Assembly: GCA_000708835.1 (NCBI GenBank)
Contig: DF237006.1
Span: 201,210-265,209 of the forward strand
Length of the DNA: 64,000 nucleotides
From: Klebsormidium nitens
Taxonomy: Eukaryota; Plantae; Klebsormidiophyceae
Direction of reading: 5' to 3'
Under the pieces are notes generated by a model, which was given only the letters and a program-made list of their open reading frames with translations, had not been told where the DNA came from and searched no databases. Positions 28,383-38,416 of the stretch are shown here, one piece after another (positions within the stretch are counted from its first letter, which is position 1; the number at the start of each line of letters is the position of its first letter). A program made the translations under genes and the position numbers.

Positions 28383-31300
28383 CTAGTACCTAGAACCCCC
28401 TCTCCTTCCACCCCCGCCTCTTCCCCTGCCCCGGCCTCTACCCCTCCCACCAAAAGCCTCTGGCTCCTCCACCTTGCCGAACGAGAACATGTTTTGCCGA
28501 AGTTGCTCCGCCGCGCTCAAAGGACGCGCATTCGCTGCAGAAAGGCGGCAGGCATGAGGGATGCAACCGTCCTTCACAGAAAGCATCCAAGATCCGCGAC
28601 TAGTCGGCCGTCTGACCTTGTTGGGTCTTCGGTACATTCGACGACAAACAAGCGGATGGTCGAGTTGAAACAAGCAGGACAGAACACACAAGGGCCTGGT
28701 GCAACTTCCCTAATCTGGATGATTAATTGCTTGCTTCTGCAGTCCTGCTTTCGATCACACAGGAAGGTGTTGACATGAATGAGACCGACTCAGTCGTCCA
28801 AGCTCAATCGCGATTTTGGGGAATGGGTACAACGACCTGCCGGTTTCGTAAGGCAGTTCCGGTGCCGATGAGCTTCTAACAGATAAATCCGTTTCGACTT
28901 ACCAAGCGCCGCTTCTCTTTCTTCCAGGTCAAACTGCTCCTGCATCCTCCGCGCCAGCTCCTCATCCGTCTCGACCACTTTACTCCCCCCCACTCCCCCT
29001 GCTTTCTTCGCCTCCCATTCCTCCAACGTCATGCCCACGTCACCGTCGTCGTCATCATATCTCCTCCGCCTCCCCCCCCTTCCTCGCCCCCTGCCGCGGC
29101 CCCCCCTGAAGCCGTCGGATCCTTCGTCATCCCGCCTCTCGAGTAGCTTCATCGCCGCCGACTTGTTCTGGACGGGGGCAGCCGCCTGCGGCAAAACCAC
29201 CCCCCCGTCGGGCGCCTTTTCTCTTCCGCTCGACGCACTTGCACCCGGCTCCGGCTTTCCGTTGTTCTGAGTTGCTGTACCAGCTTTCTCGAACGGCATG
29301 CCACGAGCGGAAGCAGTACCAGGGGGCGTGCTTCGCCCGAAGTCGGCAGTCCCCTGGACGGCTTGAGGTCTCGCAAGGCCCGGATCCTCATCTCGGACGT
29401 TTGCGTCTGCAGATTTGGAGAGTCCGTTTCCCCTTTGTGTTTCGTTGCCCTCCGTCCTGGGAGGCTCCACCGAGCTCGAAGTGGCACCACCCCTTCTAAC
29501 GCCATCACCCCTCCCCTCAGTGTCCTGACCCACCTGCCCCAGAGACCTATCTCCGGGCTTCAAAGGTCCTTTCGGCTCGCTACTTGACGCCGAAGATTCT
29601 GTCGCCGTGGAGTGTGTGCCACTTGTTGCCGTAGCTTCAGACCGCGGCCGGGGCCGGTACGGCTCAGCGCCCGGCCGCATACGGACGCTCTCTCGCGGCC
29701 GTACTACCCCGCCGCCGTCCAGAATCCTTGTGCCGCTCTCCGCTTCTGCCTGAACGCGCCTGGAATCCTGAGACGGCGCTCCCGATTCGTTCCGCCAATC
29801 CCCACTGGCGCCTCTCCCTGCGCCGGCCCCTCGCCAGTCTTCCCCTGCTGAGCCCCGCTGCGCGCTTCGTTCTCCCGTCGCATCAAAGCGTTGGGAGTCC
29901 GATACGCCAACCTTTATATCCTTGTTTTTGCGGTCAGTGCTCCACCCAGCGGGCCCTCCTTCTCTGATTGACTCGCCCCTCTGCCCCTTGCCGCCACGCC
30001 CCCCAAGGACACTGCCGTATGCGCCCCCAGCCTCGCCCCTCTGCTGCGAAACCCCGCCCTGTCGCCCGCTGACGGCACGCCCTGCCGAGCCGTGTGCCGA
30101 CCGAACCTCGTTCACTTTCGTATCTGACGCCACCTGTGCCGGACTTTGGGTTACGGCTGGTGGCTCGACAACCGCCTTCCCTCCCTTAATGTGGACACCC
30201 GTGAAGGGCGGGGGGCGGGGCCCATCGACCGACTTCCCGGCCCCCGCTTTGAGAATAATCTTCATCTTGCGGTCCAGGTCCCACGAATCTGCTAAAGCGG
30301 GAACACGCCCCCCAAGGACTCGGACGTTCTTGACGGCCAGGAGGATTACGCCGGAGATGATGGGGGCGTCGATGAGCGCCACCTGAGAATCGCAGAAAAC
30401 GTGGCGTCAAACCACTGAATCCCATCTTCGAGAATGGAGTAGTGAGTATTTCAGATTGCCAACGAAACACTCGACGGATACGTCATAAGACTCTGCAGCG
30501 GACCTGTTAGTCCAGAATAAACCGGTCAGAAGGCTTGTGAAGGGCAACGAGTGGGTTTTGGATCGAGCTCAGGAGCCTATCACTGGAGACCAGTTGCCTT
30601 CAGCGGCTGAAAGAGGGATCAACGAATATGCTGATCGAAACTTGTTCGGAAGGAAGCCTGCATAAAGTTCATACTGAGAGAAACAGCCAGTAACCAATAA
30701 AAGGATCATCAAATTGAGGGCCAGAAATTGGCAGGCGTCAACCGAGGTGCACCATACCCCCTCCTGTAGGAATCGCCTTCCGCTTTCTTGTCGTTCCCCC
30801 CTGCGACATTCTTACCGGATTCCTCCTGAGCTCTCTGATTTCGACCAAGTAAAGTGGAATTATTGGGATGGCCAGGAAGCAGCTAATTCATATATTACGG
30901 GAGTGTTTTGTCAAGCATATAATCGGGCAAACATTGCAGAAACGAGTCTAGCAAAGTTCCTGCGGTGGAAACTGCATCGTCGGAAACAGATTGGTTGTCA
31001 AGAGCTACAATCTGACGAAATCTGCTTCTAGCAGATCTCTGCTAGACTGACGACCAGGCAGAAAAGTATGACTGCTTGCCTTTGTGCCTGGGGGGAGATC
31101 AGGAGAAAGCGACGTGATTGGCTGGTACTCGATTGCCGTTGCCGTCACGTGGCCATCAGTCAGCCTCACTCGGAGGAGCCGGGGAGCGGTCCCTGCGCCC
31201 CCTGAAACCTTGCTCGGCTGAGAAACATTCTGGATTGACACAACCTGGAGGGAGGGGGCATGCTTTCTGTTAAAGAGTCTCACAAAAGTCAAGAACAGCA

Positions 31301-32225
31301 GTCTGAGGCAGTGCTTTGGGATCAGCTTATTGATCTCAGTGCTTGAAGGTGGCTCGTGTGTGCAACAGTATGGCTTTCGAGATCAGCATTCACAAAGTCA
31401 GATTGTGCCAAAGCTTGGCAGCTGCTTGTGTCGAGCGACCCTATCGAGGACAGCCTCACATCCAGCCGTCTCTTTTCTCTCTCTTGATTAGTGAATAGTA
31501 TAACATCCTGCAAACATACGGAAAACGAATCACAGACAGGAATGTACAGCAGGACCTTAAGAATGCAGGCAACTTGTTATAGCCTATTGCTTTGCAAAGC
31601 TGTTTTAAGACTTTCTGAAGATGCGTAACATAGTAACTTATACATGGATTGTTGCATGAGAAATTATTGGACAGATTTGAGTACCAATTGTTTGAAGCGG
31701 CTTGCCAAATGCTGGGCGTTCCAAATGTTGGGCGCTCATTCAAGGCGCCACATCTTAGTAGGGGGAAGCAGATGCACCACCATCAATCGGAGTCGGACAA
31801 TTGCCGCATGTCTCCTAAAACAATCATGCTGGGCGCGCGCAGAGAGAAATCCTTTGCACCACCAGCTGCCAGCCTTTCTATCCTCTGCAGGCGCTTAGAT
31901 GCTTGCTCAGAAGTTGCAGTCTTCTAGATTCCCTCGGTTGCAATCATCAGCAAAAGAGCCACATAAATGGACCAATAGCTGCCATTGCATTCAGCATTCT
32001 CACCTGCAGCACTCGGATCCCGTCCAGCTGCTTGTTTGTTGCTCGATTCACGTCATCGGGAAGACTAGCCGCTCCCACCTCTCTCAGGTCCGCGTCTTTC
32101 AGCGCCAACTGAACCGCTCCCAGCTGGGGTGTTCCTCCCACAGACATGTCGTTGACAATGTGTGCGAGGCTCTCCTCGCGGAGGTGCCAGCCTTCCTGCT
32201 TCAGAGCTGCCGCAAGCGTCGCCAT
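28383..32225 (-). CDS. TDRD3: Plant-type TDRD3-like protein (RMI1-N/OB-fold domain, RGG-rich tail, no recognisable Tudor domain), about 672 aa
   Basis: Exons 32004-32225 (EGWHL...DLREVGAASLP..VLQ), 31080-31244 (NVSQP..APRLLRVRLTDG...AIEY...PPGTK), 28903-30382 (VALIDAPIISGVILL..VLGGRV) and 28383-28534 (FSFG..GRGRGRG*). The phases work if intron 2 has a GC donor. Confidence 0.82.
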
Positions 32226-32740
32226 TGCATGCGCTGCTCGAAGTTGGCCGAGTGACGCGAAGTGACTAGTGCTCAAGACTGAGCCTGCTTGTCAGGACTC
32301 AGGATGCAGTGCGCGGAGCGCGCGCTGCGGCATTTCCCGGCGCAGCCCGGCCGCGAATCGTCGTTGACATATGGCGACGCGGGACCGGCATTTTGTGCAG
32401 GTTTGAGAAGCTGGTTAATAACTTTTTGGGGTATCAAAGCGTCGTAACCACTGGCCTAACCTGATGGCCCGCTTGGAGCCCGGTCGCCGCGCGCCCGTTG
32501 GCCAGGGTTTGAAGAGTGCACGGCTCAGCTGCATTGCAACGCTGAGTCGGCTTGGCCACCGTTGCTGGAATGTTTATAGCGCTGGCTTCTGACCAGAATC
32601 TTTCATTCTCTTGCAAGCAATTGCAGAGGATACCAGCTCTTAGCGCTTTCTGCGCCCTTGCGATTCAGCATTCCAGCGATCAGCGATTATCGCGACCTTG
32701 CTCTCAGCGATCAGCGTTCGCCAGCGCGTGGCTAGCAGCC
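32226..32740. promoter_or_regulatory. Bidirectional promoter between TDRD3 (-) and kinase 2 (+)
   Basis: Head-to-head start codons 515 bp apart. The GC-rich segment 32325-32740 is conserved in the copy upstream of kinase 3. Confidence 0.55.
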
Positions 32741-35700
32741 ATGGCGGGCGTCCTTGGGCTTCTGGAGGCCTTGTGCCTGAGGACATATGATATTGCGCAC
32801 GGCGCGGTCTCTGGAGCGCTGGACCCCTTCTGCAGCAGCTTGGAGAAGCTCACATTTGATGAGCTGCTGTATGAGGTCGGGCGGGGTGCGCTGGTGGGTG
32901 CGCTGGAGGGGCTCCTCGGAGAGGAGGAGGGGCTTGTGGCTGTGGGTGGGGAGGGAGTGGTGGAGTTTTTGGGGGAGGGAGAGGAGGGAGAGGAGAGGGG
33001 GGTGGAGGAGGAGGATGGCGAGGAGGGGATGGTCTTTGTTGGGGGGGAGGAGGAGGTGGAGGACCTTTTGGAGGAGAGAGAGAGGGAGGAGGAGATGGGG
33101 CGGGCCGAGGAGGAGAGCCCGGAGGAGAGCGGCAGCGTGTTTGAGGCGGATGCCGACCAGCGGGTGAGTTGTAAATGTGATTGCAAACCTCTTATTCATG
33201 CCGCAGTGTTCTGATTTTCCACTGGCAGGAATGACTGCTAAAGTGTTTGTTCTGACAACTTCTGCCAATGATTCTCTCGAACATTACACAGCTTTCGTTC
33301 AACTTTGCAACCGAAAGTGCACATGGTATTCACAACATTATCAGCTTGGACTGCTGCCATTTTGCAACCACTTCGTGCCCTGAATGTTCTTTCTATGTTG
33401 GTGGTTTTTGTAGCAGCTTTCGGTTCAACAACAGCTTTGCAAACTGAATTTTTTTAGTTCAACAATGTTGTGTTTTTGCCCGGAAAGGGAAGCACTTTTT
33501 CCTTTGCGGCGCAGCGAATCATACGTCCTAAAGTCTGCCTGAACAAGATCAAGTAACCTGTTTAAGTACTTAGGTTATCTTTCAATTTGTTGGCTACATT
33601 TCAGCTGTTGAAATCTTTGACGATGGACTCAGAGTTGCAGGTGTGTTACCAACTTGAACAAAGTCGCTTGGTGTATTTATGGCACAAGTGTTCTACATTC
33701 TCAAACTTCCTCACCCCATTCTTTCGCAGGCGGCATCCTCGCCAGCCCTCGCAGAGGCAGCTAACTCCGCCTCCGCTGTCTCTCTGGCCCCACTCATCCC
33801 CGAGCATACCCATGGCGACGGCCAGAGGGACAGCGGCAGGGCAGAGGAGGCGCCCCTCGAGGTGTCCCTCCCAGACGAGCGACTCTTTAGTGGGGATGCC
33901 TTCGCAGTCGATCAGATCCCAGCAGGGTTCGGTGACATTTTCTCTGACCCCGCTTTCAGCATTAGCCGCGCCCTCTCTCATAGTCAGCTCCCGCTCCCCG
34001 TCGCCCCCCGCCGCTTTTCGCTCCCGCCCACTCTAGCTCCTCAGGATTCTCCAGTAGATGAGCTGTCCTGGACTGAGGATAGTGTGCTCCCCCCCATTGA
34101 GTGGGAAGCAGTTTTGGCAGAGCGGGATGCAGCCGTCAGCTCTCTCATGACAGCGGTCAGTGAGAGCAGAGAGCGGCGCATTGTCATCCTGGACGGGGAG
34201 GAGGACATGTGGCGGACGGCGCTGCTGAGGGAGTGGACGCAGGTAGGGTTACTTACCGTGCCTGCTTCGGGTTTCCTGCTTCCACAAGCTTGTTGTTTTG
34301 TTCAGTACATGCAAAGGCTCGTTGTCTTGTTCCTTACTGGGCTAGGATGTAACGCCTGACCACACCTGAGCAGCAAGTATTCTGCATTTTCTTGTTACGG
34401 CGGCTGTGAATTAGATTAACATCGGCACTTTCATGCCTTGTAAGATTATACCTCGTGGAAATTATACCTTGTAGATTGTATTCTGACCCTTGTCTTGCAT
34501 CTCTACAGGGCGAGCCTCGCACATTGAGCACCACCAGTTCTGCACCCGCTACGATCGTCGGCCCCGGCGAGGAGGCCTCTCTGGCCGATGCTGAGGACGC
34601 GGAGGCGGTGCCCTTGTTCCAGGAGGTCATTCCCCTGTGTTTGCTGGGGCGGGTGAGCAGCCGCTTCGCTATGCACCTTTTATTTTAGATTTCAAAAGAT
34701 CAAAAGATTTCTGTGTCGAAAATGTGAACAAGCACTTGAACTTTCTTCATAGATGCCCTGTACATGACACTGCAGTGCGAGAGTGAGCTCTGGAGTGGAT
34801 AGATGTTACGGACTTCTTTCTCCCCTCTCAGGATCATTTCAGCAGTGCCTCAAGTCCTCCGTCTATTCGAACCAACCCATAGCGGTTCGTGCGAGTAAGC
34901 CGAAAGTTCTGAACTTGCCTTTCTGCGCGTATTTGCAGGGTGGTCAGGGTGACGTTTACCACGCGGCGTGCTTCGACGCTGACGGCAACTACTTCCCGGC
35001 CGCGGTCAAGCGCGCCAGGCCGAACCCCGAGACGGACACTACGGAGGAGCAGCTGCGCGAGGTAAGCCAGAATACCGAGCGGGGTTGCAATGCATCCTAA
35101 GCCTATGACATTGATTCCAAAAAATTGCTTCTGGAAACCTGCCGGAGCCATCGCCAGATCGTGTTGGGGCTTGTGACTTGGTCTGCAGAATCCACATCCT
35201 AGGATCTTATCAGAATCGCTAATCAGGCCCCTTACAAAGTAGCAACATCAGGAAGACTCCTCGATATTATTGGAAATGCTATGAAATATCCTGAAGTACT
35301 TTCCTCTCCTCCTCCGCAGCTGAGCAGCCTGGTCGCCTGCCGCGGCTGCGCCAACGTGCTCCAGGCCCTCGGCTACTTCATCTTCGAGGATGGAGAGCTG
35401 GGCATTGTCTTGGAGCTGGCAGAAGCGCCCCCCTCGTGGGCGAAGCACGGGGCTACCGTGCAGCACACCCCCCCGGAGCTGCTGCGAATAGCGAGGTACT
35501 GTTACCAAGGGGCAGCGGGGCTGGCGGCCATGCACAGCCGGCAGATGCTTCACACGTGAGTGATACTTCTGTCCTTTTAAGTCAGTGCTTGCGGGGTGAA
35601 TGAGTCTGGGCGGAGTGTCCCAAGTCAGAGTGGGGAAAGGCATGTCGTGCGCTCAGAATGTTGCATAGAGGCAAGAAGTGAGGAGCCGACGTTTTCTGGA

Positions 35701-36996
35701 GAGAAGTTTCGCCAAAATGCTCGTACTGCCATTCTTTGTGCCTGCACGCTCGATGTTTTTCTTACTGCAGTTCGATTGTGTTGAACGGTGGTTGGACGTC
35801 CATAGCTTCTTCTTTGCGCAACACTAAATCATCTTATGTAAAGAGCCTGACACTTTGCCCCCTCTTTGCAGCGACGTGAAGCCCGAGAACTTCCTCGTTT
35901 CCGGGGAAGTGGCCAAGCTGGCCGACCTCGGCTTCGCAGTCCGTGTCGACAGGGCCGCTGAGATGGGGGCGGTAAGAAACGCCCCCTCGCATTTCCTTGG
36001 TTTGTAATCGCAGTTGCTTGTATTCCACAAATCACTGTCTGGTTCTTATCCATGCTTCTTCGGTGTCGGTTTCTCTACCTCAAGGGGTTAGGAGCCTGCA
36101 ATTGTTTGTTTCGCGGGTCAATGAACCAGCCATTCCGGCAAAGATTTCTGCTTGTCTGCGTGAGAGAGCTCTTCCGCCAACTTCTGCGCTAACTCTTTGA
36201 AACCGGTGCGTCAGAGCCTTGACGAACCCTGCTGTTAACCCGTTTCTCACAGTGCTAACCCCCCGAAACCGGTGCGTCAAATCCTTAACTAACCCTGCTG
36301 TTAACCCGTGTTCTCCAGTGCGGCACCCCGGGTTACATCGCGCCCGAGGTGTACGTGGACGACCAGCACAGCAAGGCGTCCGACGTCTTTGCGATGGGGG
36401 TGACCGTTTGGGCCCTCATCACCGGAGACCGCCCCTCCGATTACTTCAGGAGCAGACAGGTACGTGCATGGCGGCTCCTCGCAACCAATCTTCTGATGCA
36501 AACTTTTTCTTGTTGAAACGGTTTGCCTTCGTATGATGAACTCGAGCGAAATCGAGGGCTGGGTCGGACTGCAAGTGAAGCTGGTTCTGGCTTTGACTAG
36601 CCGGACACTCCAAACCTTGCTGATGTCTTCGCATGGATCGCACATGGCAGACGTCGAAAGTGCTCGACCAACAATCATTAGGATATCACCCTCGCTGCGC
36701 GTTCACCTGATACGTGCTGCTTAAAACGTTCCGCAATGCTAGGACAGTTTTTTATGAAAATGCAGCCTCCTCAACGTGTGTTTCTCTCCCTTCAGGAGTG
36801 CATCGACTGGTATGTCGCGGGCGGCCGCCTCGACTGGCCCGACGAGGTGTACTCTTTCGGGGGGAACCTGGTAGACCTGGTGGAGGCCTGCTGGGACTCC
36901 CTCCCCGAGCGGCGGCCCTCCGCCCACGCGCTCATGAGGGCGCTGCTGCAAATCTCTCTAGAGCTGGAGGGGGCGAAGAAGGTTTGGGTGGGGTAG
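32741..36996 (+). CDS. Protein kinase paralog 2 (intact, non-RD HTD catalytic loop), about 626 aa
   Basis: Exons 32741-33163, 33730-34242, 34509-34652, 34939-35061 (GGQGDVY...AAVK...E), 35320-35555, 35872-35971 (H-T-DVKPEN, DLG), 36319-36459 (GTPGYIAPE, SDVFAMG) and 36796-36996 (CW...RRPSA). All GT-AG, in frame, no stops. Confidence 0.92.
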
Positions 36997-38416
36997 AGGG
37001 GGGTGACGGGGCAGGTTAGATCAGGACTTGCGGCGGTTAGTAGTCAAGCTACTAACTAGATAATCTGGCGGGGCACAAGTGGTGTAGAAAAGTGGGGAGC
37101 TTTGAGGGAGGGTCGGGTTAGAAAGTGTAACAGACGGAGATTCGGAACGATTTAAAACGGGTTGGGAAGGTAACTTGAGTCTTGTAGATAAACAATAGGA
37201 GGTAAGCGCGCGCGCATAGACTGTGTTTCGAAACTGGAATCATGTTCAGGGGGCGTAGTAAGGGTTGTGTTGCGAAATCGGCAGTTGGCTGCCGTCTGTT
37301 GAGGGGATTGTTGTGAGGTGCGCGACACCGGATCTTCAACTGCAGAGAGCGGCCCCAACCGATAGAATATGTACTTGCGCAGTTTGTCGGTACAGAAAAC
37401 CATTTATACAATCTGCTCGAAGAGCTTTTAGGAGACAGGAAATCACGACAACATAGGAACAAACACAAACAGGTGCAGTTGACGGGTCATGCAAGATTGC
37501 CTTGTCGAATCCTTAACGTAGCTTGATAGAGATATACTGCTAACTTAACAGCAAACATTCTTTATTCTTGAGTAGGTCGACTGCCGCCTGTGTTGAGTAA
37601 GTTGCAACTGATTACTGTATAGGAATTGGACTCAGAGCATTCTTCGCAAAGAAAACTGGAGATTAAATTAAGAGCTAGCTAGCATATAGGACTGCTAATC
37701 ATTTACGGGGCTTGCGCTCAACAACTTTTAGCTAAAGTTTGAGAGCTACAGCGGTATCTCAACTGTCCGACGAATTAACGAACATCTTATTTACGAACTG
37801 AGATTGTAGGCGCTCGCGATCGATCCGTCATACTAATTTATAGGCACCCCCATTTCAGCTACCAGGCACAAAGCGATTCACATGCGCATGAGGCGAATTA
37901 TCGCTGATTCAGATATCATTTGTAGATGGTCTATGCCTTCTAGCTAGCTTCTGTTCGGATGTTTTCTGGCTTCGTGTAGATTCAGTAGAATGATACGAGG
38001 CCCGCGCCGCGGCATTTTTCCAGCGCAGCCCGGCCGCGATTCGCCACGGACTCTTGGCGACGCGGGACCGGCATTTCGTGCGGGTTTGAGAAGCTGGTTA
38101 AACTCTTCTTAGGAACCTTCGGGTAATCAAAACGTCGTAACCAATCATAGCTCGTCGGCCCGCTTGGGGCCCGGTCGCCGCCGCGCCCGTCGCCCAGGGT
38201 TTGCAAATTGTAGGGCATTCATTGCCTCGCTGAGTCGGCTTGGCCACGGTTGCTGATAGCCCTCGCATTTGAACAGATTCTTTCATTCTCTTGCAAGCAA
38301 TTGCAGAGGATACCAGCTCTTGGCGCTTTTTGCGCCCTTTTGCGATCAGCGATATAGCGATTATTGCGCGCCCTTGCTCACTGCATTCAGCGTTCGCCAG
38401 CTCGTGGCTAGCAGCC

